DNA of 64,000 bases. It comes from Myxococcota bacterium (GTDB lineage Bacteria; Myxococcota_A; Polyangia; Nannocystales; Nannocystaceae). The notes beneath the pieces were generated by a model. It saw only the letters and a program-made list of their open reading frames with translations. It searched no databases and had not been told where the DNA came from. The DNA is taken from positions 32,001 through 96,000 of the forward strand of contig JBCCWC010000006.1 of assembly GCA_039194325.1 (NCBI GenBank), in the 5' to 3' direction. The stretch's first letter is position 1. Each line of letters opens with the position of its first letter. This document shows, one piece after another, positions 32,881 to 42,176 of this stretch. The position numbers and the translations under genes were made by a program.

Positions 32881-33018
32881 GCAAGACCGAGGCCGGGCGC
32901 GACGCAGTCGCGGATCCCGAGCCGGCCTCGGCATAGAAACTACGCCGTCGCGGATCCCGAGCCGGCCTCGGCATAGAAACTACGCCGTCGCGGATCCCGA
33001 GCCGGCCTCGGCATAGAA
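32881..33018. repeat. REP-like hairpin element with 40-bp tandem amplification (about 2.8 copies)
   Basis: ccgaggccgg...ccggcctcgg stem; unit gtcgcggatcccgagccggcctcggcatagaaactacgcc starts at 32907, 32947 and 32987 (last copy partial); lies between convergent genes. Confidence 0.9.
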
Positions 33019-33034
33019 CTCCCGCCCGCCGGCG

Positions 33035-33589
33035 CTACTGCGTGAGGGCGTAGATCGCCAGTCCGGCTGCTGCTGCCACGAGCAACCCCATCACGAACAG
33101 CAGCGGACCTCGGTTGGCCGGCGGATCGCCGACCTCGATCGGACTCGACCCTGCGTTGGGAACCACCGGCATGTCGCCTGCCGACGCTCGCGTACCCGCC
33201 TGTACAGACGCTGAGCTATCCCGCACCGGGATCCCTTCGCTCGACGCCTTGTTCGACTCTTGCTCCGAACCCGGGAGGGGACCTTGGGTCGCGGGCAATG
33301 GGCCGGGCTGCGCAAGCAGAGAGCTCGCCGCCCCCGTGTCCTTCATGCCCTGGGCTAGATCGGGTGCCAGCTGCTTGATGTCCAGCAGTCCCGATTCCTT
33401 CTGACTACCCGGCGCTGGCGTAGCCAACCGAGCGCGCGCCTTGTCCTTGGCGGGCGCATCGGGCAGCTTGTCCCACGCTACCGGTGCCAGCTCCGGCTCC
33501 TCGGACTCTCGTCCCCAGGAGCCGTCGCCCAGCGAGTCCCCCTTCTCGGGTTTGAACAGGCTGTCGCTCCAGTCACCGCCAGTACTCAT
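33035..33589 (-). CDS. Hypothetical protein with C-terminal membrane anchor
   Basis: Disordered N-terminus, SGLLDIKQLA motif and a C-terminal TM segment. Confidence 0.7.
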   Translation of the reverse strand: MSTGGDWSDSLFKPEKGDSLGDGSWGRESEEPELAPVAWDKLPDAPAKDKARARLATPAPGSQKESGLLDIKQLAPDLAQGMKDTGAASSLLAQPGPLPATQGPLPGSEQESNKASSEGIPVRDSSASVQAGTRASAGDMPVVPNAGSSPIEVGDPPANRGPLLFVMGLLVAAAAGLAIYALTQ

Positions 33590-33810
33590 CGTTGTCTATG
33601 ACTATCGCGTACCCGCCCGCGGGTGGGTAGTCCCCTGACAACGATGGAGCCAACCATCGACCCCGCGCAGCATCGCGCAGGCTACTCGAGCCTGCGGGAA
33701 CCCCGTGACCCAGGTCATTCCCCTAAACTCATCATTTTGGGCCACACCATCTCACCTCATGGAACGAATACCGCACATTGTGATACACGCCGATCACCGT
33801 GCTCGGCCGC

Positions 33811-34050
33811 ATGGGAATCAGCGCCAGCCTCGGCTGGCTCGAACCGCGGACTCACACCGCGGCTACGCGCAAGTTCGTCTACGACGCGCAGGCGGGCCGC
33901 GTTCGACTCATAGCGAGATCCAGTCCGGCATTGCGGTCTCGCTCGCTGCGATGGGCGATGCTCGTTCTCGCGCTCGCGGCGTCAGCGATCGGCCTCAACG
34001 CGACGCGGGCCGTGGCCCATCAGCAACCCGCCCTCCCCAGCGCTCCCTGA
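33811..34050 (+). CDS. Possible small membrane protein
   Basis: 79 aa with one hydrophobic segment (WAMLVLALAASAIGL), in an otherwise empty 590-bp gap. Confidence 0.35.
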   Translation: MGISASLGWLEPRTHTAATRKFVYDAQAGRVRLIARSSPALRSRSLRWAMLVLALAASAIGLNATRAVAHQQPALPSAP

Positions 34051-34180
34051 ATCCTGGAGCGAGGCTTCGGGGCGGAGATCCGCCACGCGGATGCTGGCGT
34101 TCCAGAGTGGGACTCCATCGCGGGCGCCTCGGGATGAGGTGCGCAATTTGCGCAAAATTTCAACCGAGAGGCGATCTCCC

Positions 34181-35173
34181 TCAGGGTTCGGCCCCGCCGA
34201 TGATCCACGCTTCGATGAGCGCGATCGATCCGGCGTCGAGGCCTCCGCCTGGGGGAGGCATCGCGTCGTTCATTCCCCCGACACCGAGGTGGGTGCCGTT
34301 GATCTTGTGCCACAGGTAGCTGTCGTTGGGCACGCCGGGCTCGATGCGGTCGAGTGCGGGGACCTGACTCGACGCGACGTCGACGAGGTTGGCATACCCA
34401 TCGCCGAGATCGAGCCCGGCGGGTGCACCGGCGACGTGGCACCCACAGCTAGCGGTGAGGATCGGCTCGATGTCCATCGCGTAGCTCGGCATCGGATCGC
34501 CGCTGCTGCTGGAGCCCGGCTCGCCCGTGGTGCCTGGCTCGCCCGTGGTTCCCGGCTCGCCCGTGGTGCCCGGCTCGCCCGTAGAGCCCGGCTCGCCAGT
34601 GGTGCCCGGCTCGCCCGTGGTGCCCGGCTCGCCCGTGGTGCCCGGCTCGCTCGTCGGATCGTCGCCAGACGATCCGCCGGAGCTCCCGCCTCCCGGCGAG
34701 CTGCTGCCCCCGAGATCGAGCAACCCATAGAAGATCGAGAGCCCGTCATCCAGGCCGGTGACGATCTGATCCTCTGCGTCGTAGCGCAGCACCGGCAGGG
34801 GGCGCCACCGACCGATGCCTTGCTGAAACTCCAGCACGTCGATCCCCCCCACGGCCGCGCCCGAGGGATCTTCGGGCAACTCACCCCGATAGGTCACCGT
34901 GATGTCCAAGCGCAGCGAGGGATTGGGCAGCACGAGGTAGGCCGGCCCGAACACCGCACGCGGCTCGTCGCTAGGCTGCACGAAGAACTCTTGCTCGATC
35001 TCCAGCGCCCCCGGCGGGATCGCGATGGTCAGCACGCCATCGGCCGAGGTCACCAGACCCCCCCCGGGACCTATCACCTGCCGAGCCACTCCGGACTCTT
35101 CTGCGGATGGCTTACAGGCCTCTAGCGCCAGTAATCCGAGGGTCGAGGCGATGACTCGATGACGTACCTTCAC
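34181..35173 (-). CDS. Lipoprotein: ZU5-like domain, GEPGTT repeats, C-terminal cytochrome c-like domain (CxCH)
   Basis: GTG start with ggagg RBS, lipobox LEAC, IGPGGGLV...IPPGAL, DIEPILTASCGCH...SYLWHKI...MPP...IEAWIIGGA. Confidence 0.7.
   Translation of the reverse strand: MKVRHRVIASTLGLLALEACKPSAEESGVARQVIGPGGGLVTSADGVLTIAIPPGALEIEQEFFVQPSDEPRAVFGPAYLVLPNPSLRLDITVTYRGELPEDPSGAAVGGIDVLEFQQGIGRWRPLPVLRYDAEDQIVTGLDDGLSIFYGLLDLGGSSSPGGGSSGGSSGDDPTSEPGTTGEPGTTGEPGTTGEPGSTGEPGTTGEPGTTGEPGTTGEPGSSSSGDPMPSYAMDIEPILTASCGCHVAGAPAGLDLGDGYANLVDVASSQVPALDRIEPGVPNDSYLWHKINGTHLGVGGMNDAMPPPGGGLDAGSIALIEAWIIGGAEP
34511..34650 (-). repeat. 18-bp coding tandem repeat (GEPGTT, about 7-8 copies)
   Basis: cccggctcgcccgtggtg unit repeated. 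Confidence 0.9.
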
Positions 35174-35337
35174 CCGGCCTCCTGGAGGGCACAACGTAGC
35201 ACGGCACCGCCCCGAAGGTCGCACCAGCCCGGGACTCGCCCGAGACCAACAGCCTGCCCGAGACCAGCAACGAGATCCGACGCGGCTTCGATCCGAGCCT
35301 CGTCGATGCTCCCCAGACCATGCTAGCGTGTTCGCTC

Positions 35338-36516
35338 ATGCGTTGGTGTGTGCTGGGATGGATCGGGCTGGTCATCGGCTGCGGTCCCGCCGTCCCCGCC
35401 GACACTGGCCCGGGGAGCGACCCAGGGGGTCCGAACAGCGACGATGGTCTACCTCCGCTCACCTCGAGCGGCTTCGACCCGCTCACCTCCGCCAACGACG
35501 ATGCCGCCGGCACTCTGGATCCATCGCGACTCGACCTCAGCGGTAGCTTCACCTCGGGACCTTCAGAAGACCCTTGCATCGTCGGCTGGGAGGTCACCCC
35601 TCTGCCTCCCGTCGTGGTTTTGGTGGTCGATGTCTCGGGCAGCATGGTCACCACTCTCGACCACGACACCGAGCCCAAGACCCCGCCAACTACCCGATGG
35701 TTTGCCCTGTGGGACGCGCTATCGACCGCGCTATCGGACTGGGACGCCACCCACGAACTGGGGCTGCGGACCTTTCCATCGGCGCTCGCCACCGCCCCAC
35801 CCGATCCCTTTGCCTGCGACTCGGACGGGACGGCGATCGTGCCGACCGCCGATGGCGCCGCGATGGTGCTCGATGCTCTGCCGCCTCCCCACGACATGAC
35901 CCTGAGCGGGGCGTCACCGCTACGCGCGGCGATCCACGAGGCCCGGGCGATGCTGCTGCTCCGCAACCGGGGTCCCCAGCGATTCATCGTGGTCATCACC
36001 GACGGCGCGCCCAATTGCGCGCCCCAGAGCTCCCCGCCTGAGTCCTTCGACGAGGTCGACACCGAGGTGAAGGAGTCGATCCAGCGGGCTGGATCCGACT
36101 ATATCCGCACCGCCGTCATCGCCTTCGACGTCCCCGACGCTCCCCACGCTGGCGGCTGGGGCGAGCCCATCGCCAACCCCCGGGCTGTGCTCGATGATCT
36201 GGCCGGCGCTGGCGGCTTCGGTCCCAGCGCCATGGTCGCGAGCGACGTACCCAGCCTGCGAGACCGGCTGTCGGCGCTACGTGCGGCCATGGCCAGCCAA
36301 CGCCTGCGGATCCCCGATCCCTCATACATCGACTACGAGCTCCACATCGACGGCACGATCTACTACTCGGCCCCCGACTGCACGGGGGACCATGGCTTCG
36401 TGGTCCTCGACACCATCGGCCCCGGGAACGTCATGCACCTGTGTGACGAGGCCGCGGCCGCGCTCCAGCGGTCGGGGCAGGCGACGATCCTGCCCTACTG
36501 CGTGATCGCGGAGTAG
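35338..36516 (+). CDS. vWA-domain lipoprotein (CglB-like)
   Basis: Lipobox VIGC, MIDAS DVSGS and VITDGAPNC. Confidence 0.8.
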   Translation: MRWCVLGWIGLVIGCGPAVPADTGPGSDPGGPNSDDGLPPLTSSGFDPLTSANDDAAGTLDPSRLDLSGSFTSGPSEDPCIVGWEVTPLPPVVVLVVDVSGSMVTTLDHDTEPKTPPTTRWFALWDALSTALSDWDATHELGLRTFPSALATAPPDPFACDSDGTAIVPTADGAAMVLDALPPPHDMTLSGASPLRAAIHEARAMLLLRNRGPQRFIVVITDGAPNCAPQSSPPESFDEVDTEVKESIQRAGSDYIRTAVIAFDVPDAPHAGGWGEPIANPRAVLDDLAGAGGFGPSAMVASDVPSLRDRLSALRAAMASQRLRIPDPSYIDYELHIDGTIYYSAPDCTGDHGFVVLDTIGPGNVMHLCDEAAAALQRSGQATILPYCVIAE

Positions 36517-36542
36517 CGGCCCAACCTCCGCTCGCGCTGCGC

Positions 36543-37232
36543 TCACCAGTTCTCCAGCTGGGGCCGCACATCCAGCTCGAACGTCCACGCCGAGCGTGGT
36601 TGTGAGGCCAAGAACGCCGCGGCGTGGGCGATGTCGTCGGGATCCAGCTTGTCGGGCGCCTCGTCCTTCGACGCGCCGGCCTCGCCTATCAAGCCATCGA
36701 CGATGATGAGCGACACGTGGATCCCCTTGGGCCCCAGGTGACGCGCCATGGACTGAGCCAGGCTGCGCTGGGCCGCCTTGGCCGGGGCAAAGGCCGTGGT
36801 GACGGGCTTGCCGCGCAGCGACGCGGTCGCTCCCACCACCACGATGTTCCCTCGTCCCTGCTCCACCATGCCGGGCACCACCTGCTTGGCCACGCAAAAC
36901 AGCCCCATCGAGTTCACGCGCCACGTTTGTTCGAACTTCTCGGCGCTGATCTCCTCGAAGTTGCCCCACGTGCCCGAGCCGGCGTTGTAGATCACCGTCT
37001 GCACTGGGCCGAGCTCGTCGCGGATGCGGGTGAAGCTCGCGGCCACCGACTCTGGGTTGGTGACGTCGCAGGCCAAGGCCAGCGCTGTGTCTAGCTCGCC
37101 GGCGAGCTGCGAGGAGAACTCGGTGCGGCGAGAGAGCAGCGCCACCGCATGACCATCGGCGGCAAAGCGCCGCGCGAAGGCGGCGCCGTTCTTGGGTCCG
37201 ATTCCTATGACGGCACAGACGGGCTTGCTCAT
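36543..37232 (-). CDS. Short-chain dehydrogenase/reductase
   Basis: VIGIGPKNG, CDV, YNAG, GATASLRG and AFAPAK. Confidence 0.9.
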   Translation of the reverse strand: MSKPVCAVIGIGPKNGAAFARRFAADGHAVALLSRRTEFSSQLAGELDTALALACDVTNPESVAASFTRIRDELGPVQTVIYNAGSGTWGNFEEISAEKFEQTWRVNSMGLFCVAKQVVPGMVEQGRGNIVVVGATASLRGKPVTTAFAPAKAAQRSLAQSMARHLGPKGIHVSLIIVDGLIGEAGASKDEAPDKLDPDDIAHAAAFLASQPRSAWTFELDVRPQLENW

Positions 37233-37331
37233 GCCCGCCACCATACCCTCTGCGGCCGCCCCATGAAGAACCGGCCAAGTACCGGCCAAGTACCGGCCAA
37301 AGGCCCCGCCCAGCTCCCGCTCAGCTCCCGC

Positions 37332-38780
37332 TCAGCTCGGGATGTACATCAGCAGGGTGCCGTCGACGAGGCTGGGCGTATTGCAGCTGAACTCAAACCC
37401 CGTGCCGGAGTCGAGCTGGATCCCAGCCGTGGCCTCGGCCCCACTGTCGGCCGTGTTTCCCGCGTTGATCGTGTCCACATAGCACACGTCGATCCGCCCC
37501 GTGGCCTCGTGGAACATGGCCTGGAACCGCATCAGGTCGAGGGTGTTGCCGCCGAAGTTGGCCGTGTCCCACTGGACCACGAAGCGCTGATCTCCCGGCA
37601 TGCCCAGCGTCTGGTAGTAGATCTCGCCGGCCCCGTTGCTGGGGTTGAGATCGTCCCAGAACACGTAGAGCACATTGGTCGAGGGGTTGGTCGCCGTGGG
37701 CAGGCAGTTGTTGGTGTAGGACAGATACATATCGTCGCCCCACCGGATCGTCCCATTGGACTGGATCGTGAGGTTCGTATAGTCGACCCCGTAGACCGGG
37801 AAGGTAAAGCCCATCGGGACCGCGACCTGGCTATCGTCGGTCAGGCCTGTGGCGATGCCGGTCGCGCTGATGTCGTCGCAGGGCAGGACCCCCGGCTCGA
37901 GCGAATAGCCATTGTAGCCGATGTCGCTACCAAAGGGCATGCCCGGGATATCACACGCGCTGAAATCGTAGAGGCACGAGGCCGTGCACCCCAGCACCCC
38001 TCCGCTGAGCCCGAGCGACGCGCAGGTCTGTCCGCCCAGGTCGGGGCCGTCGCAGGACTCGGCGCCCCCCAATGAATTGTCGCCACACAGGCCACAGCCG
38101 GAGGGATCGAAGCCCGAGCAATCGGGTAGGCACGCGATCTGGCCGTAGTCGAAGCCTTCGTCCTCGCAGGTCTGACCCAGCAGCGCCACGCCGTCGCAGG
38201 GCTCTTCGCCGTCGACGATGACGTTGCCGCACGTGCCACAGCCGCTGGTATCGAAGGCTCGACAGTTGTTCTCACAGCCCAGCGTGCCGCTGTCGAAGCC
38301 CAGCGTCTGGCAGGTTTGTCCGCCCAGATCGTCGCCGTCGCAGGTGTCCGAGCCGTCGAGGATCCCGTTGCCACAGGTGAAGTACACACAGCCGCTGACG
38401 TCGTAACCCGAGCAATCTCGCGCGCACGCCAGCTCGCCGCCGTCGAACCCCTGGCTGGCACAGCCCAGGTTGTCTAGATCCGTCCCGTCACAGACTTCAT
38501 CGCCCTCGATCATGTCGTTGCCGCACTCGAAGCCGGGGCCGGTGCTGCTGCTCATGGACGTCGTGGCATCACCAGGATCTCCGGACGAATCCACGCCGGA
38601 GTCGTCGCTCGACCCCCCCGGGATCTGCCCCGATGTGGTCGGATCAGGCAGCGTGGCGCTCGTCGAGACACCGCTGGAGCTCGGGCTGACCCCCGTCGAC
38701 TCTTCGTCGAAAATCTGCCCAGGGCTACAACCTAGCCCCAATAGCCCCCCACCGACCAACACGACGAGCGCCCTTTGCAT
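37332..38780 (-). CDS. Cys-rich repeat lipoprotein (CGN..EGDEVCDG.DL repeats) with C-terminal nidogen-like beta domain
   Basis: Lipobox GLGC, Ser/Thr linker, four CG..CDG.DLGGQTC..LGF..G.L.C repeats, GFTFPVYG and VFWDDL. Confidence 0.8.
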   Translation of the reverse strand: MQRALVVLVGGGLLGLGCSPGQIFDEESTGVSPSSSGVSTSATLPDPTTSGQIPGGSSDDSGVDSSGDPGDATTSMSSSTGPGFECGNDMIEGDEVCDGTDLDNLGCASQGFDGGELACARDCSGYDVSGCVYFTCGNGILDGSDTCDGDDLGGQTCQTLGFDSGTLGCENNCRAFDTSGCGTCGNVIVDGEEPCDGVALLGQTCEDEGFDYGQIACLPDCSGFDPSGCGLCGDNSLGGAESCDGPDLGGQTCASLGLSGGVLGCTASCLYDFSACDIPGMPFGSDIGYNGYSLEPGVLPCDDISATGIATGLTDDSQVAVPMGFTFPVYGVDYTNLTIQSNGTIRWGDDMYLSYTNNCLPTATNPSTNVLYVFWDDLNPSNGAGEIYYQTLGMPGDQRFVVQWDTANFGGNTLDLMRFQAMFHEATGRIDVCYVDTINAGNTADSGAEATAGIQLDSGTGFEFSCNTPSLVDGTLLMYIPS

Positions 38781-38907
38781 GATCCATACACTTTAATGGT
38801 TGTCGACCCCCAGGTCTAACATTTTACCGATTCCACCACGAATTCCGCCGTTCCCCGACGCAGGATCAAGAACACGTAGTACTCGATCGATCGGGTCACT
38901 GGCTCAC

Positions 38908-39828
38908 TCAGTATTCGACCACCCCCTTGCCCTTGAGCCCCACCAAGATCCGGGACAACGTCAGATCGTCGGTGGCGCTGGAATCAAGGACCCGCCACCA
39001 GCTACCGTGCTCGACCAGATCCTGCACCAGCTCGAGCTCACCTTCCTCGAGCTCCTTCCAACGCACGGGGCTCGGCTTGGCCAGGGCCACCCGCGACCGC
39101 GGCTTGGGCAGCGGATGCCTCTTGGCCAGCGCGATCAGCTCGTCCTCCTGGCGAGCCGCCTCCATCAGCATGTGCTCGAGCGACATGCTGATCTCCTGGG
39201 GCGCCTCCTCGAGCACCTCGTGATCGAGTTCGAAGCTGCCCCGCTTCCAGTTGAGCATGCGGATCAGCCCCTTCTCGGGCTGCAGCTCGCTCGCCCCCGA
39301 GATCGACGCGTAGTACACCCGGCCTTCGCGTAGGTGCAGCGCCCCCACCCGATCGGCGTCGGGGTCGCGAACCTTGAGCGTCCCCGACTTGCGGCTCGTC
39401 GCCAGCCACTGCAACACGTCCATCAGCGGGATGTCCTCGATGCTCCCCGCCATCGAGCGGTTGGAGAGATCGGTCGAGCGATGAGCTTCCCCCGCCCGCT
39501 TGCTCAGCACCGCGTCGGGCTCGGCATAGCGAACCTTGGCCAGGCTGGAGCCGATCGCGATGCGATCCCCCTCGCGTAGGCAGTGGCGCTCGACCGCTTC
39601 GCCGTTGACGATCGTGCCGTTGCGCGAGCCGAGATCGCGCACCCAGATCCGGCCCCGCGACGGATAGAAGCGCGCGTGCTTGCGGCTGACCGCATCGTCC
39701 GCGAGGATGAGATCCACCTCGGTGCTGCGGCCCGCGATATAGCTGCGCCGATCATCCAGCGGAAAATCCTGACCTTCGTACCGCCCAGACACGAAGCGCA
39801 GCACCGTGACGCGGCCGTCGTCCGTCAT
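38908..39828 (-). CDS. FHA + DUF4388 (PatA_N) domain protein
   Basis: AGR, VSRKHA and DLGSRNGT (FHA); MAGSIEDIPLMDVLQWLATSRKSGTL...W..GSF...MLMEAARQEDE (DUF4388). Confidence 0.92.
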   Translation of the reverse strand: MTDDGRVTVLRFVSGRYEGQDFPLDDRRSYIAGRSTEVDLILADDAVSRKHARFYPSRGRIWVRDLGSRNGTIVNGEAVERHCLREGDRIAIGSSLAKVRYAEPDAVLSKRAGEAHRSTDLSNRSMAGSIEDIPLMDVLQWLATSRKSGTLKVRDPDADRVGALHLREGRVYYASISGASELQPEKGLIRMLNWKRGSFELDHEVLEEAPQEISMSLEHMLMEAARQEDELIALAKRHPLPKPRSRVALAKPSPVRWKELEEGELELVQDLVEHGSWWRVLDSSATDDLTLSRILVGLKGKGVVEY

Positions 39829-39969
39829 CCCCGCGACGCAACATACGCGCCCTGCGGCCTTAGCGTCAACGCCGCTCTAGGACAGCGAACGCCGGATCGT
39901 GCTGACCCTAACGAACCGACCGACGCTCGTGCCATCGGCCCGATCGGCTGCTCACACGCAGAAAAAAAG

Positions 39970-40125
39970 CCACCCTTCGCCCCGGGAGTGCCCTCGATCA
40001 CCCCCAGAGCCAAACCACCGTGAGCGGTACGTTTTAGGCCCCTGCGCGAGCGGGACGGGGGGATGCCCCGGTAGCGCTTATTGCGCGATGCGTGATCTCC
40101 CGGGGGGATCCACGTCTTGAAGGGC
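39970..40125 (+). ncRNA. Candidate structured RNA (unassigned)
   Basis: Long-range pairings cccttc/gaaggg, ccccgggag/ctcccgggg and atcac/gtgat enclose several hairpins, one with a GCGA tetraloop. Confidence 0.3.
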
Positions 40126-40157
40126 CACCCGCCGCAGTGAAGACTGGGAGCGTGTCG

Positions 40158-41858
40158 ATGGTGAAGTCAGGTGCATGGAAGTTTTGGGCGGCCGCTGTTC
40201 TGGCCTCGGGCCTGACCGTGCTGGGGGGTTGTGCTAATCGCAGCACCACCGACCGCTATGGCTCGGCGGCTTACCCAGCGCCTCCGCCACGGACGGTGAT
40301 CGCCGAGCCCGGCGCCTACGAAGAGGTCTACGTCCAGCAGGTGGTCCAGCAGCCCGGCGCCGACGGAGTGGTCGGCTACGAGACGCTCTCCGACGGCACT
40401 CAGGTCTCCGTGGTGACCTACGTGCACACGTACCCCGAGGCCATCGAGACCTACCCGCAGGTCTGGTGGTCGGGCCGCTGGTATTACAATGTCAACGGCG
40501 ACTTCGTGTACTATAGCGACGATCTGGGCACCTGGGCCTACTACTACGGCCCGCCCGCTCCGCTGGTCGCGTGCTGGAACGGCTACTACCCCTACTCCCC
40601 GTACTACTGGGGCACGGGCTACTACGGAGCCGGGTGGTACTGGGGTGGCGTAGGCGTCTATGGCTACCACGCCTACGGCCTGCCCGTGGTGCACGAGCAT
40701 CACCACCACCACGAGCACTACGGCCCCAACCAGAGCGGAGGTCGACCGAGCCCGGGCGCTCCCACCAGTGATCCCCACCCCGGCGGTCCGGCGACTCCAT
40801 CGGCGACTCCGGGCAACACCGGCCCCACCCGCACCAAGGTGGCCGACGCCGGTCCCACCCGAACTAAGAAGGTTTCCGACGCCGGCCCCACCCGCACCAG
40901 GCCCGGCACCCAACCCGGCACCCCACCCGGCAAGGAGCCCTCTCGCACCAAGTCCGACGAGGGACCTTCTCGCACCAAGCCCGGCACCAAGCCCGATGAC
41001 CGGCCGTCCCGCGGGGATGCACCCGCTCGTGGCGATGTCCCCGCCCGCACTGACGGACCCTCCCGCACCAAGCCCGGCACCAAGCCCGGTGCTCAGCCAT
41101 CCCGCGGGGATGCACCCGCTCGTGGCGACGTACCCGTTCGCGCCGATGGGCCCTCCCGCACCAAGCCTGGCAGTGATGCCCGCTCCGAGGGCCGGCAGAC
41201 ACCCAGTGGTCCCTCCACCCGCACGCCGGCTCGCGCCCCCAAGCGTAGCCAGTACACCACCGCCGGGGGCCAGCGGGTCACCGTGGTCAACCCGCCCTCG
41301 CGGCCCCGACCCGCTCCCCGAGCAACCGCGCCCTCGCGCGACACCACCTTCCGAGCGCCTCCCCGTCGCACGTCCACTCGCCGCAGCGCCAGCCCCAGCT
41401 GGAGTCAGGTCAACGCCCAACCATCGCGAAGCGCTACGCCGGCCCGAACGAGCGCTCCATCGCGAGCCAACTCCTCGTGGAACAGCACCAGTCGCCCGGC
41501 GCCCAGTCGGTCCTCCTCTCCCGCTCGCGCGCCGAGCCGCGCCACGCCCTCTCGTGCCACGCCGTCTCGCTCGCCGAGCCGCGCCACGCCTTCTCGTGCC
41601 GCGCCGTCCCGCTCGCCGAGCCGCGCCACGCCTTCTCGCGCCCCCAGTCGTACGACGCCCAGCCGCGCTACGCCTTCTCGCGCCCCCAGTCGTACGACGC
41701 CCAGCCGCACCACGCCCTCGCGTTCTCCCAGCCGCGCCACGCCCTCGCGTTCTCCCAGCCGCGCCACGCCCTCGCGTGCACCCAGCCGCTCCACACCGTC
41801 TCGCTCGCCTAGCCGCTCCGCGCCGTCTCGAAGCAAACCCTCACGCAGTCGTCGCTAA
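40158..41858 (+). CDS. Lipoprotein with Tyr/Trp/Gly-rich domain, His tract and long Pro-Ser-Arg low-complexity tail
   Basis: Lipobox LGGC; YPQVWWSGRWYY; HEHHHHHEH; (RATPS/RSPS)n repeats. Confidence 0.75.
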   Translation: MVKSGAWKFWAAAVLASGLTVLGGCANRSTTDRYGSAAYPAPPPRTVIAEPGAYEEVYVQQVVQQPGADGVVGYETLSDGTQVSVVTYVHTYPEAIETYPQVWWSGRWYYNVNGDFVYYSDDLGTWAYYYGPPAPLVACWNGYYPYSPYYWGTGYYGAGWYWGGVGVYGYHAYGLPVVHEHHHHHEHYGPNQSGGRPSPGAPTSDPHPGGPATPSATPGNTGPTRTKVADAGPTRTKKVSDAGPTRTRPGTQPGTPPGKEPSRTKSDEGPSRTKPGTKPDDRPSRGDAPARGDVPARTDGPSRTKPGTKPGAQPSRGDAPARGDVPVRADGPSRTKPGSDARSEGRQTPSGPSTRTPARAPKRSQYTTAGGQRVTVVNPPSRPRPAPRATAPSRDTTFRAPPRRTSTRRSASPSWSQVNAQPSRSATPARTSAPSRANSSWNSTSRPAPSRSSSPARAPSRATPSRATPSRSPSRATPSRAAPSRSPSRATPSRAPSRTTPSRATPSRAPSRTTPSRTTPSRSPSRATPSRSPSRATPSRAPSRSTPSRSPSRSAPSRSKPSRSRR

Positions 41859-41885
41859 TCGACCGACCGCCGCGACGATCACGCG

Positions 41886-41913
41886 AGAGCCTCGAGTCCA
41901 TCGAGGCTCTTTT
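41886..41913 (+). terminator. Rho-independent terminator
   Basis: agagcctcga-gtcca-tcgaggctct-ttt, 27 nt after the stop codon. Confidence 0.75.
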
Positions 41914-42176
41914 CCAATTGTGCGGGGTGCACCTTGTGCGGGGTGCACCCATGCGAGGCGGCGCGCACGGCGCCGGTTCGCGGATACTGCGCCACTCCGG
42001 TCGTCGAAATGACCCCGGGCCGTCGTTCGTTCGCTCATCCACGACCGCCAGCCGCCCCAATCGGCCCGAACACCCGACCTCGTATACTCCAACCACGCTT
42101 GGTCGCAGGAATATCCATCCCTAGCGCTCGGTCGAACCGAGCACCGACCCCGAGCAACCCCCCCAAGAGGAACTTT

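Noticed and set aside
32881..33018. CRISPR array near cas6
   Set aside because: The units are contiguous 40-bp tandem copies with identical linkers and no unique spacers, and the same element occurs singly at 60757.
40005..40045. c-di-GMP-I riboswitch or 6S RNA resemblance (gccaaacc..., ccccagagcc)
   Set aside because: It lacks the GGACGCAAA-type core and GNRA/receptor layout of the riboswitch, and the long rod with central bubble and zapA/ygfA context of 6S. Kept only as an unassigned candidate.
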